From assembly GCA_965215265.1 (NCBI GenBank), contig OZ244048.1, forward strand, positions 3,776,001 through 3,840,000: a stretch of DNA of 64,000 nucleotides. Reading direction: 5' to 3'. The notes under the pieces were generated by a model, which did not search any database, was not told where the DNA came from, and saw nothing but the letters and a program-made list of their open reading frames with translations. The translations under genes and the position numbers were made by a program. The number at the start of each line of letters is the position of its first letter. Positions within the stretch are counted from its first letter, which is position 1. The stretch comes from Candidatus Poribacteria bacterium (GTDB lineage: Bacteria; Poribacteria; WGA-4E; WGA-3G). Positions 38,986 to 48,867 of the stretch are shown here, piece after piece.

Positions 38986-39869
38986 GTTTGCCTCCACGCT
39001 GTGTTATGTGCCCAACCGACAGCATTTTTAAGTTTGTCACAGTTAATAAACGATTCATGTCCACTAACGGTTCTTAGCTTGGGAAGGAGTTCCGGCTTAA
39101 ACCGTTCCACCAGTTCCTGAGTCGGTTCTAACGCGGAGGTATCATCGGCGTTGAGAAAATAGACATCATGCGGTGGTAGCATCTCTGCTTTTTCCATCAG
39201 TAAGCGATGCGCGCTCGCCACATCTTCACTGCCGACCCAGCACCAGAGCCACGGTGTCCATCCGGTTGTCGGTTTTGCGTTCGCTGCCATCTGTTGCCGC
39301 CGTTCTGCTGCGCAGATGCCAGCAGGACGTGTAACATAAGTTCGGATACCGTAGGCGCGGGTATAGCTCAATAGCAAATCTTCGCCACACCGTTTTGAAA
39401 AGCTGTAAGAATCTTCCGGATAGCACGGGTGTTTCTCATCTAAGGGCAGGTAGTCCATCGGCATCTCCGTTTTGCTGATACGAAACCCGTGCCCTAATGC
39501 ACAATTACTACCGGACATCACTACCGTTTGAACGTCCTCCTCAACCGCTGCTTGCATGAGGTAATACGTGCCGAGCATATTCGTTTTGAAAGTTGCATCA
39601 AACGGAATGCCTTGTGCTTCAGCGTCCGCTCGAAGGTCCGGATGATCGACGGGACCGGGCTGCGCCCCGAGATGTTGGATTGCGTCCACACCCTCTACTG
39701 CACGTTGACAGTCTTCAAAATGATTCAGGTCACCCTGAATAAATCGCAGATGTGAAAAATCATCAGGTGGAGGGCGACGTGACATGAGCACGACAGTGTG
39801 CTGGCCCATCAATTCTCGTATCACAAACTCACCGAGCCTGCCACTCGCTCCGGTTATCAATACTTTCAT
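38982..39869 (-). CDS. NAD-dependent epimerase/dehydratase
   Basis: MKVLITGASGRLG start at 39869; YSFSK. Confidence 0.88.
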   Translation of the reverse strand: MKVLITGASGRLGEFVIRELMGQHTVVLMSRRPPPDDFSHLRFIQGDLNHFEDCQRAVEGVDAIQHLGAQPGPVDHPDLRADAEAQGIPFDATFKTNMLGTYYLMQAAVEEDVQTVVMSGSNCALGHGFRISKTEMPMDYLPLDEKHPCYPEDSYSFSKRCGEDLLLSYTRAYGIRTYVTRPAGICAAERRQQMAANAKPTTGWTPWLWCWVGSEDVASAHRLLMEKAEMLPPHDVYFLNADDTSALEPTQELVERFKPELLPKLRTVSGHESFINCDKLKNAVGWAHNTAWRQT

Positions 39870-39883
39870 AAAAAATCCTTCCG

Positions 39884-39937
39884 TTGACACACATTGGGAA
39901 TTATGATATATTATAGCAACGTTGAAAATTTTGTCAA
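39884..39937. promoter_or_regulatory. Overlapping divergent sigma70 promoters
   Basis: Plus: TTGACA-17-TATATT with TG extension; minus: TTGACA (39937-39932)-16-TATAAT. Confidence 0.6.
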
Positions 39938-39955
39938 CACAAGGAGAAACGTGCC

Positions 39956-40996
39956 ATGTATAACGCAGCGAAACACTTTGAAACCTTATACGCATCGGTG
40001 CAGAGGAACTACGAATTCCGTGCAACCACACGGGAAGGATGGAGTGCGTGGCAAACCGCTTTCCGCCCGAAACTGCGCGAAGCACTCGGTTTAGATAATA
40101 TGGAGTCAGACTTTCACGCGTATCAACCGAAAGCAGAACGAGCAGAATCGCTGGACATGGGCAACCATATCCGCGAAAGTTGGCACTTATGGGTAGAACC
40201 TACGGTTCCGTTACCGTTCTATCTCTTGAAGCCTAAGAACGTTGAAGGTAAACTCCCGCTCATTCTTGCACCACACGGGCACAACCACCCGCACATCTAC
40301 GCAGGCATTGCACACAGCGAATCTGAGGAAAAGGAGATCGTGGAAGGCGAACGCGATATCGCCCGGCAAGCTGCCGTAGAAGAAGGCTATATTGCCATCG
40401 CACCGACAACGCGTGCATTCGGTGAAACCCGCACGGAATCGGATAAACGCAACAATAAGACCCATTCCTGCCGCGATCAACTCGTATATAGCATGCTCGT
40501 CGGCCGCACGCCTATCGGTGAACGCGTGTGGGATATGTCCCGACTCATCGATTGGGCAATAGCGAACCTACCGATTGACTCACAACGCATTGCTATCACG
40601 GGCAATTCTGGAGGTGGGACTGTCTCGCTCTTCGCTGCGGCGTGCGAAACCCGTATCACTGTGGCAGTACCAAGTTGCTATTTCTGCACCTTTGAGGGTA
40701 GCATTGGTACCATCCATCATTGTGACTGCAACTATGTACCGGGCTTGATGCGTCTTGGCGAGATGTACGATGTCGCTGGCTTAATAGTGCCTCGTCCCTT
40801 TTGTGCCATCGCCGGAAGAGATGATGGAATTTTCCCGATTGACCACGTTGAACTCGCGTATAAACGGCTCAAGGCAATCTACTCCGTGGCAGGTGCTGCG
40901 GATAAGTGTGAACTTTTCATCGGTGACGGCGGGCATCGGTACTACAAAGCGGGGGCATGGCCTTTTGTCCGACGACATTTTGAACAGATGGTGTAA
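39956..40996 (+). CDS. Alpha/beta hydrolase (dienelactone hydrolase/esterase-like)
   Basis: PHGH, GNSGGG nucleophile motif, HHCDCNYVPG, GGHRY. Confidence 0.85.
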   Translation: MYNAAKHFETLYASVQRNYEFRATTREGWSAWQTAFRPKLREALGLDNMESDFHAYQPKAERAESLDMGNHIRESWHLWVEPTVPLPFYLLKPKNVEGKLPLILAPHGHNHPHIYAGIAHSESEEKEIVEGERDIARQAAVEEGYIAIAPTTRAFGETRTESDKRNNKTHSCRDQLVYSMLVGRTPIGERVWDMSRLIDWAIANLPIDSQRIAITGNSGGGTVSLFAAACETRITVAVPSCYFCTFEGSIGTIHHCDCNYVPGLMRLGEMYDVAGLIVPRPFCAIAGRDDGIFPIDHVELAYKRLKAIYSVAGAADKCELFIGDGGHRYYKAGAWPFVRRHFEQMV

Positions 40997-41000
40997 TTCG

Positions 41001-42455
41001 CTACCGTGAACCCTTTTTAATCGCCCACAACGTCTTCAAAATAATTTTCATATCCAAGCCGAGAGACCAGTTTTCGATATAGTACCGGTCATAACAGATA
41101 CGCTCCTCAAGCGATGTATTGCCGCGTAGCCCGTTGACTTGTGCCCAGCCTGTCATACCACATTTTACACGCTGCCGCGCGAGGTAGTGCGGGATTGATT
41201 CACGAAACTCATCGATCAGACCGGACATCTCCGGACGTGGTCCTACCAGGCTCATATCTCCCTTAAGCACATTGTAAAATTGGGGCAGCTCATCTAAACT
41301 CCACCGCCTCAGAAACTTCCCCAACGCGGTCTGCCGGGCATCATCCGGTGTTGCCCACGTGTGTCCAACCGCAGCCTCAGCGTCTTCACACATGGAGCGG
41401 AATTTGTAAATCTCAAAACGTTTGCCTGCCCTACCGACGCGCTCCTGCCGAAAAATCGCTTTACCGGATGATGTCAACCGAATTGCTGCGGCAATCCCAA
41501 GCATCAACGGGCTCAAAACGACTAACGCTAACGTGCTGAAGCCAATATCTATCGTCCGTTTGACGATGCTCTGCCACCCCTGAATTGGGGACTCCCTTAA
41601 CTGGATAACCGGAATACCTTCAAAACTCATAACAGTAGTGCGAGGGATATGCAATTCGTAGAACTCCGGCAATACGTTAATCTGAATTGGAATTCCTTCG
41701 CACACATTGAGAATATTGCTAATGTAGGCAAGACTACCGGGCATTGGACAGGTACGCGGTTCTGCCCCTTCAAAGCAGGCTTGGGCAATGAAGAGCTGAT
41801 CCAACCGATAATTTTGGATGAGTTGCGGCACGTTTTCGGTTCGTCCAATTAGCGGATGCGTAGGCATCTTAGTGGAATCTTCTCGTTCCTTTTCACTGTC
41901 TCTCACTGCGATGTGTCCTACAAATTGGTAACCGCTGTGCTCGTTGAGGGTGTCTATCAGTTTTTCTACGGTTGGTGTGCAGCCGACGACAGCAACCCGA
42001 CTGACACCGACACCTTGTGCTTGGATCGCCTGCCGAAAACGATGAATCGCAAGTCTTCCGAACGCCATCCAGATGAGGTTCAATCCTGAGGCGAGGAGCA
42101 TGACCCACCGGGAGTATGCGTCGTGATGATAGATGAAAAATATCGCACCTAATGTGACGATTAACGTGATGATCGCTGCTTTACAGAGTCTCCAGAAAGC
42201 TTCAAAGGTGGCATTGCTCTCCAAGCGGTACAGTTTCAAGCCTTTCAAGGTCAAGAACCAGATAATCCCCATGAGTGGAATAAGGCGGAAATAGTCTGCC
42301 AGCGGCGGGGGTGCGCCTTTGTGAATCGCGACTGCCTCAAACCAGCCGGATGCGAAACGGAGCCAATACGCTACCAAAATAGAGGTGGCAACCAGACAGA
42401 GATCGAATAAAACTGTGAGTGCGATAAGCAGATGGGCCAGTGTTTTTTGCGACAT
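41001..42455 (-). CDS. Undecaprenyl-phosphate sugar phosphotransferase (WcaJ-like)
   Basis: Four N-terminal TMs; KRTID, KFRSM, SLDELPQ, GDMSLVGPRPE, GMTGWAQVNG. Confidence 0.92.
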   Translation of the reverse strand: MSQKTLAHLLIALTVLFDLCLVATSILVAYWLRFASGWFEAVAIHKGAPPPLADYFRLIPLMGIIWFLTLKGLKLYRLESNATFEAFWRLCKAAIITLIVTLGAIFFIYHHDAYSRWVMLLASGLNLIWMAFGRLAIHRFRQAIQAQGVGVSRVAVVGCTPTVEKLIDTLNEHSGYQFVGHIAVRDSEKEREDSTKMPTHPLIGRTENVPQLIQNYRLDQLFIAQACFEGAEPRTCPMPGSLAYISNILNVCEGIPIQINVLPEFYELHIPRTTVMSFEGIPVIQLRESPIQGWQSIVKRTIDIGFSTLALVVLSPLMLGIAAAIRLTSSGKAIFRQERVGRAGKRFEIYKFRSMCEDAEAAVGHTWATPDDARQTALGKFLRRWSLDELPQFYNVLKGDMSLVGPRPEMSGLIDEFRESIPHYLARQRVKCGMTGWAQVNGLRGNTSLEERICYDRYYIENWSLGLDMKIILKTLWAIKKGSR

Positions 42456-42517
42456 TTTCCCTTACATCAGACATCCGGTATAAAGCCTGATAGACTGTTT
42501 TTTTTTTTGTGAAAATT

Positions 42518-42554
42518 AAGGATTCGTCCCTGCTTTGCAGGGAGAACTTCTTAA
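42518..42554 (-). repeat. 37-bp palindromic element, copy 2
   Basis: Reverse complement of 33004..33040 with one mismatch. Confidence 0.85.
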
Positions 42555-42692
42555 AAATAGAATTGAGACTTTTCCTTTTAGTTTATAGGAATCATGTCAA
42601 TTTCTCAACTAATTTTGGACATTCTTCGCTTGCCTCGAATAGCATTGAACTTGGAAGAGCAAAACTTTTATAAGCCGTAAGGAGTGCCGGAG

Positions 42693-43922
42693 TCAGAAAT
42701 AGACTCGAAATGAGGAAAAGAAAACAGTGGAATACCCCCCGAACTCCGATCGGAATTGAGGGGTTTCGTTGTTTTCGGGGCGCTTTCCGATGCCGATGAA
42801 ACCGCCGGCGGAGAGGTAAATATCCTCTGCGATGTTATATCCGAACTGAGAACCGACTAACGTCGACGGTTCAATTATATTGAAGAACATCTGTGAACTG
42901 CAAGTTATCAGATGTGTCATCTGGTAAGTGAGTCCGGATACCAGATAGTGAATGCCCATCAGGTAAACCGCGCCATGGGTGTACGCCGGGCGAGTTAAAT
43001 TGGTGCGGAAATTTTCGGGGGACTTCGCGCCTGCCCCATTGAAATGATATTCAATAAACCCGTAAGTCTTGCCCCAAAAACTATAATCCAGACCGAGGGA
43101 AGTCCGCAAATAGTTGTCCGATTCGTTGATATTACCGGCCGGAGGCTCCACAAGTACATAGGCAGTTTCTAACCAGAATCCCGCACCACCAATGCTGCGA
43201 GCGATATCCAACCCTAACAGCAGGTTTCTGCGAAATTCTACCAATAAAATAGAGAAATCTGTCTCTACAGCATTCAATTGACTCCGGAGAAAGAAGGCAC
43301 TTTTTTCAAAATTGAAAGCATTGCCGAAGATATATCCGGTATCAAATTCTCCCATTATACCTATTGGAATACGGACCCGAATCGCATCCACGCCGATACG
43401 GTCTTCGGTATCCAGTTGAGTGTAACTGTAGGGGGCAACGACATCGGTTGGGTTTATGGCGCGCGCACTTCCCCATGCAATCGCATCCCGACCGAGTAAG
43501 ATATCCGCGAAATTAGTACTGAACTGAACTGATGCACGATCAAGGTTATGATAGATGCTTACACTTCCGAGCTGTTCATTCTTGTCAGGATAGATTGTGG
43601 CATCAAAATCTGCAAGGCGATACTTGTATGGATTAGTTGCCACAGGAATTAGCGAATCAGAAAACAGCGATGGGTCTTGGACACGCGGTGTAAAATCGTA
43701 GGCGAAGGCGAAAGAAACGGTATCGGTCGGCGTATAAGAGAGATTGAGCCGGAGCCGGTTGACCACTGCCCCCATAATGGGTTGATTTGGCATCGGCGAA
43801 TCCAGAGTAGTAAAAAAGTTTTTGTAGTACCCACCGATGTTGAGTTTTGTGGCTCCGTTTGCCTCGCTTAGGACAGTTGAGGTTATCATCAAAAGGATGA
43901 AGAATGCCAGGATTTTTTTCAT
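42693..43922 (-). CDS. Putative outer-membrane beta-barrel protein of the ABC export operon
   Basis: Signal peptide, LDRA, GRDAIAWG, NPTD, GVDAIR, terminal YF. Confidence 0.7.
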   Translation of the reverse strand: MKKILAFFILLMITSTVLSEANGATKLNIGGYYKNFFTTLDSPMPNQPIMGAVVNRLRLNLSYTPTDTVSFAFAYDFTPRVQDPSLFSDSLIPVATNPYKYRLADFDATIYPDKNEQLGSVSIYHNLDRASVQFSTNFADILLGRDAIAWGSARAINPTDVVAPYSYTQLDTEDRIGVDAIRVRIPIGIMGEFDTGYIFGNAFNFEKSAFFLRSQLNAVETDFSILLVEFRRNLLLGLDIARSIGGAGFWLETAYVLVEPPAGNINESDNYLRTSLGLDYSFWGKTYGFIEYHFNGAGAKSPENFRTNLTRPAYTHGAVYLMGIHYLVSGLTYQMTHLITCSSQMFFNIIEPSTLVGSQFGYNIAEDIYLSAGGFIGIGKRPENNETPQFRSEFGGYSTVFFSSFRVYF

Positions 43923-43943
43923 TTCTCAAAACCGGGAAATCCT

Positions 43944-44648
43944 TTATTGACGTTCGTCACTATCTATTTGTCCATCTCTCAGTGTTATCAAACGTCTCGC
44001 CCTCTCCATCACCATCGGGTCATGCGTTGAGAAGATGAACGTCATGCCTGTCCGCGTGTTGAGCCGATCCATCATAGTAAGCAGGTCTGCTCCCGTTTTC
44101 GAGTCGAGGTTCGCAGTGGGTTCGTCGGCGAGAATGATCGCAGGTTCAGAGACCATGGCTCGCGCAATGGCGACGCGCTGTTGCTGTCCACCTGAGAGTT
44201 GTGGCGGTTTTCGATCCGCAAACCCCTGCAACCCGACTTCTGCTAGCATTGCTGTAACCCGCCGGTGCCGCTCAGATTTCGGTATCCCTCCGAGGAGCAT
44301 GATGTATTCCACGTTTTCTTCAACTGTCAGTACAGGAATTAGGTTGTAGGCTTGGAAAATGAACCCGATGTTATCGCGTCGAAAATCAGAGAGTTCATTG
44401 CCGCTCATGTCTGATAGCACCTTGCCGGAGAGCCACACCTTTCCAGCTGTGGGTGTATCCAACCCAGAAATGATATTGAGAAAAGTTGTTTTCCCGGAAC
44501 CAGATGGGCCGACCAAAGCCGTAAATTCCCCCGATTGGATGGTCAAATAGACCTCGCGAAGCGCATTAACGGGGATTCCATCCGCAGAATAAACTTTCGT
44601 CACACCTTCTGTGACAATGATTTCTCTTTTTTCAGTCTCTTGCATCAT
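43944..44648 (-). CDS. ABC transporter ATP-binding protein (LolD/MacB-like)
   Basis: GPSGSGKT, LSGGQQQRVAIARA, ADEPT, STHD. Confidence 0.95.
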   Translation of the reverse strand: MMQETEKREIIVTEGVTKVYSADGIPVNALREVYLTIQSGEFTALVGPSGSGKTTFLNIISGLDTPTAGKVWLSGKVLSDMSGNELSDFRRDNIGFIFQAYNLIPVLTVEENVEYIMLLGGIPKSERHRRVTAMLAEVGLQGFADRKPPQLSGGQQQRVAIARAMVSEPAIILADEPTANLDSKTGADLLTMMDRLNTRTGMTFIFSTHDPMVMERARRLITLRDGQIDSDERQ

Positions 44649-44654
44649 CAGGTC

Positions 44655-45884
44655 CTAAAAACTCCGACGCATCGCGGCTGCCGGAGACATTTTGGCTGCG
44701 TACCGGGCAGGATACAGCCCAGCAACGATCGTAAAAACAAAAACCGACACTGGATAGAGGATGAACTGCCGGACCGCCATGATGGGATGAATTGACTCTT
44801 GTATCGTCACGCCCATCATTTCAATGCCTGTATAATCAATACCGATATGAGCTAAAATCGCTGTGAAAATGAAGCCAACTATTGCCCCTAGGCCGATGCT
44901 TACAATTGCCAAGGCCCCGGCCTCAAATAAGATGAGGATAGCCATTCCAAAAGGGCGTGTCCCAACGGCGCGTAACACGCCGAACTCAAACATTCGTTCG
45001 TATAACGACATAAACAGTGTATTGATAATCCCAAAGATAACTACCCCGAAAAGCACAATCCCCAGGATGTACTTGCTGTATTTTGATATTTCCAATACAG
45101 TGAGCAATTGCGGCAAAATTTCTGTCCAGCTTAATGCCTCGTTGCCATGTTGCGAATAGGCTTCCCAAAACGGCAGATGTTCATCCTGAGCGTATGCGGC
45201 TGAAATAAACTTAATCGCGATTTGATGCACACCGTTACCGATGGCAAGCATCTGTTGTGCTTTTTCAAGCCGAACGAATGCCATGCCGCTGTTCATCTCT
45301 TCATCAGCAAAGTGATAAATGCCTGAAACCCGGAACATCTCTTGCGTAAGCTCTCCGCTTTCGGCTTGAGCCACTGTCACAACCACTCGGCTGCTAAGTT
45401 CAATTTCCAGAATTTCAGCAAGTTTGGCACCGATTACAATATCGTGGTTATTACTTCCTTCAAAGTACACACCTTCTATCATTGCGTCATCAAGCTGCGA
45501 CAAGAATCGCTCGGTTGCGGGATGAACCCCCACGAGGTTAATGGCACTCACATTCGCTGCAGAGGTAATCATTCCGAAAGCGAACGTTCTTTTTGTTGAA
45601 TGCTGAACAATCGGTTCCTCAGATAGGCGTGCAGTCAACTCGTTGAGTCCCTGAATCGTCATCGAGACTGCTTGTGTGTCTCGAAAACCTTGCCGATGAA
45701 TCTGTCCATCGCCAAGGAACGACTCGGTAACCGTTTGGACCAGATTCTCTTCCATGCCCAGCCATAGCGCGTCGGCAAAAATTAGAGCAGCCAAGCCGAT
45801 GCCGATCGCGGTTGCTGCGATGAACGTGCGTCGTTTATTCCGAAAGATGTTTTTCCAAGCCAGTTTGATTAAAATCAGCCACAT
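44655..45884 (-). CDS. ABC transporter permease (FtsX/LolE-like)
   Basis: AWKNIFRNKRRT, NTLFMSLYERMFEFG, YPARYAAK. Confidence 0.9.
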   Translation of the reverse strand: MWLILIKLAWKNIFRNKRRTFIAATAIGIGLAALIFADALWLGMEENLVQTVTESFLGDGQIHRQGFRDTQAVSMTIQGLNELTARLSEEPIVQHSTKRTFAFGMITSAANVSAINLVGVHPATERFLSQLDDAMIEGVYFEGSNNHDIVIGAKLAEILEIELSSRVVVTVAQAESGELTQEMFRVSGIYHFADEEMNSGMAFVRLEKAQQMLAIGNGVHQIAIKFISAAYAQDEHLPFWEAYSQHGNEALSWTEILPQLLTVLEISKYSKYILGIVLFGVVIFGIINTLFMSLYERMFEFGVLRAVGTRPFGMAILILFEAGALAIVSIGLGAIVGFIFTAILAHIGIDYTGIEMMGVTIQESIHPIMAVRQFILYPVSVFVFTIVAGLYPARYAAKMSPAAAMRRSF

Positions 45885-45969
45885 TGTTTTGAACTGTTAT
45901 CCGTTTTCAAGCTAGATTGAAAGCATCAAAGGCGGTTTCATCTCGCAATCATACGAAGAATTGTCGCGT

Positions 45970-47184
45970 TTAGTGCATCCGCATCGCCCTCGCGGACGTA
46001 ATTCGGGCAGCTTTTATCGCTGGAAATAGACTCACTCCAATCGCTGAGAGCAGAACGGTGATGGCCGGAATAATGAGGCTACGGGTGTTGACCTCGGCAT
46101 ATATCTTATCAAATTTGATGCCACCGTAGGTAAATTCCTCCGGGAGTGTGATGCCGTATATTGATAGCAGATAATTAATTAAAACGCCAAGGAACATGCC
46201 GACAACAATGCTGACAACGGCGATAATGGCGACTTCGCATATGACCAGCCAGAAAATTTGCCTCGGCTTCGTTCCGACTGCTTTTAGCAGGCCGTATTCA
46301 CGCGTCCGCTCCAGGACCGACATCAATACCGTATTCAGGACACTGATGGCGACAATAAGCATAATAATCATTCGTGCTACGGCATCTCCTTTTTTATCAG
46401 CTTGCATGGCTCGATAAAAGGATTTAGCAACCTCCTGCCAAGGGGAAACATCTAGCGTTAGATCCTTGAGGCGTGTCTCAAGTGCTTGTGTGATTTTACG
46501 GACACGGTTGATATTCGAAAGTACGACAACCATTTCATGGACGCGCCCTTCAAGGACTAATAGCTCCTGAGCGTCTTGGAGGTTCAGATAACACGCCATC
46601 CGATCCGATCTATCGTCGCCACTTTCTGCTATACCAACGATCGTATACATGTCATTCGCAATTGAACCATCGGCAGCCTGAGAAACAATTACAATTTCAC
46701 TTCCCACTGTTCCAGAAAGAAGTCTCGCGAGTCCTTTTCCAATTATAGCTTCATGCGATGGCGTTTTCGCTGGCACTCTTCCTTCAATTACCTTTTTATC
46801 GAATTGGGTCGTTTCGGATTCTCGTTCTACATCAATTCCGATGATTTGGACAGTGGTACTCTTTTCACCAACCGATCCAAGCCCTGCTGCATACACTCGC
46901 GGTGTCCAAGCTTCGACCTCTGTGCTGCTTTGAATTATCTCACCGACAGACAGGTAAGCGTTGATTGTTTTGTAGAGAGACGGCTTATCAAGGTAGCCTT
47001 CGCGATGCACTTGAATATGCCCAATGCGGTTTCGCGTGAACATCTTGATTATGTTAGCGTAACCACCGTCTGACCAGCCGATGAAAATTGATGAGAGTGT
47101 AAATCCTACAATCATTGCGAGAGCGGTAAGGATTGTACGCCGTTTTTGCCGGAAAATGTTACGAAATGCAATTTTGAGTATCAT
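45970..47184 (-). CDS. ABC transporter permease (FtsX/LolC-like)
   Basis: AFRNIFRQKRRT, NTVLMSVLERTREYG, FPAIKAARI. Confidence 0.9.
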   Translation of the reverse strand: MILKIAFRNIFRQKRRTILTALAMIVGFTLSSIFIGWSDGGYANIIKMFTRNRIGHIQVHREGYLDKPSLYKTINAYLSVGEIIQSSTEVEAWTPRVYAAGLGSVGEKSTTVQIIGIDVERESETTQFDKKVIEGRVPAKTPSHEAIIGKGLARLLSGTVGSEIVIVSQAADGSIANDMYTIVGIAESGDDRSDRMACYLNLQDAQELLVLEGRVHEMVVVLSNINRVRKITQALETRLKDLTLDVSPWQEVAKSFYRAMQADKKGDAVARMIIMLIVAISVLNTVLMSVLERTREYGLLKAVGTKPRQIFWLVICEVAIIAVVSIVVGMFLGVLINYLLSIYGITLPEEFTYGGIKFDKIYAEVNTRSLIIPAITVLLSAIGVSLFPAIKAARITSARAMRMH

Positions 47185-47275
47185 TCTTCACACAAAGCCA
47201 CACTTATCGGATTACAAAGTTTAACCAGCATGTAAGAAGAGTGCCTTAACCATCATGCCAACTCAATGTATTGGC

Positions 47276-48082
47276 TTATCTTCTTCTTTGAAGGTTCCGA
47301 CGCGTAAAGATTTTATCGTCGATTTCAGCATCAAAAGTGGCATTCAAAAACCGAACAACCGTTTTGTGCCCATCTCTGTTTTGGGGAATCATTTCCATGA
47401 CAGAAGGGACCGTTTTGCCGTCGAAAGTTTTAACCTCTTTAAAATTTAAGACCCGCATCAATTTTTCTTTTTCGTCGTAGAAATGCTGCCATACAGGCTG
47501 ATAATCACCCATCCGTATGGCAGCAACAATCTTGCCCCAAACAATCGGCGAATCTTCCTTCGGTATGAGTTGAATGTAAAGATGGCCAGGAGAGGCATCT
47601 TTAGGCGAAATCAACTGATAGGTATAATCGTTGAGCATTGACGACTCTTTGACTAAGTCGTCATTGGTAAAGTCAGAGCCCATCCAGGAACCCATCATCA
47701 TTGATGGCGGAATTTTTATTACCTTGTTAGTCTTAGGAAGATAGTTCCACATTTCATTCCCAATGCGTAAAGTCGCACTTCCTTGTTCCTTCTTCGGAGA
47801 CGTAATTCGGATAAAAGTCTTGTGCATCCTTTTTGTCCAGACCTTCATCGCCAAGGTGCGTTCCCAATGTGGCGTGACAATATGCATCTCTATCTCTGTC
47901 TGACTCGTTTCACTACGATAAAGTTGATCCATCTTTTTGACGATGGCTTCAACGTCTAAAGCCGGTTCGTCAGCTGCGGCGAACATGTAGAAAGGAACTA
48001 GGAGCAGCATAAAAAAACATACTCTCAAGTTTTGCGTTGCTATTTTCGTCTTATTTATAGATTTAGCCATTTTTGGACTCAT
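47276..48082 (-). CDS. Outer-membrane lipoprotein-sorting protein (LolA-like)
   Basis: SPKKEQG, MWNYLP, SWMGSDFTNDDL, FTRRNL; exact start uncertain. Confidence 0.85.
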   Translation of the reverse strand: MSPKMAKSINKTKIATQNLRVCFFMLLLVPFYMFAAADEPALDVEAIVKKMDQLYRSETSQTEIEMHIVTPHWERTLAMKVWTKRMHKTFIRITSPKKEQGSATLRIGNEMWNYLPKTNKVIKIPPSMMMGSWMGSDFTNDDLVKESSMLNDYTYQLISPKDASPGHLYIQLIPKEDSPIVWGKIVAAIRMGDYQPVWQHFYDEKEKLMRVLNFKEVKTFDGKTVPSVMEMIPQNRDGHKTVVRFLNATFDAEIDDKIFTRRNLQRRR

Positions 48083-48359
48083 CCTTTCAGGAATGATATT
48101 GAATTGAAATGGATTTTATTCGTGTTTTCTTGTACCTGTCATCCGACAAGTAACTAAACAGATGCAGCCTCGGTTGATCAGGTCTAATTCCGGTAGAGGT
48201 GTTGGATTTTATCGTTCAACTCTTGTCCTAAGACGTAAGTGCCTTTACTATGGTATACAGATCTTAGTTCCGCTGTGAATTTGGGCCGGTGCATCAGTGC
48301 AATACTTTAATCAAAAGTGTCCAGGATCTTCGATTAGGTATCTCCAACCCCATGTTTAT

Positions 48360-48388
48360 AGTTTAGCAGAAGTCGATGTCTTTGTCAA
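48360..48388 (-). promoter_or_regulatory. Sigma70 promoter for the LolA-like/ABC operon
   Basis: TTGACA-17 nt-TAAACT on the minus strand. Confidence 0.6.
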
Positions 48389-48486
48389 GTGGAAAATCAT
48401 CTCTCACTTGCCCCCATTTTTTTTCTGAGAGTCGTCTGTGTCTGATATTGTTAGGTTTGTATAGGAGAAAAACAGTCATCTTCCTA

Positions 48487-48741
48487 GTAGGTAGCAGGTA
48501 AAAGGTTATCTTATCTCTCCTGAAAAGAGAGATAAAGAATATCTAACCTGCCACAACTGCCTTTATTGTGCTAAAAGGTACTAAAAACGAGATTTGTGCT
48601 TAGGTTTTCAAAACATAAATAGTTGTTGTGCTGAAATATACTAAAAAACGAATTTATACAGTAACTGACAAAACATAAACCTTGATGGGGCTGAAATAGA
48701 CGAATATACAAAGATGGGGCTGAAATAGACGAATATACAAA
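48487..48741. repeat. Modular repeat locus 1: hairpin module, degenerate ~60-bp units and a perfect 29-bp tandem duplication
   Basis: GATGGGGCTGAAATAGACGAATATACAAA twice (48684-48712, 48713-48741); modules shared with the 56.6-62 kb loci. Confidence 0.8.
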
Positions 48742-48744
48742 CAC

Positions 48745-48774
48745 TTGACTTTTTTCAACACATTACGGTATAAT
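48745..48774 (+). promoter_or_regulatory. Sigma70 promoter for hsdM
   Basis: TTGACT-18 nt-TATAAT. Confidence 0.6.
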
Positions 48775-48867
48775 AACTTTATGGCATAGGACTATGATAA
48801 TATGGCAAGGGATGATTTTTTATGGCTTGCTTGTAATAAAGCATCCAATAAGGATAGGCATTGAGAT

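Noticed and set aside
39870-40085. N-terminal extension of the epimerase ORF
   Set aside because: Overlaps the divergent gene and promoters; the Rossmann motif starts at 39869
48684-48741. 29-bp direct repeat as a CRISPR array
   Set aside because: No spacer between the copies
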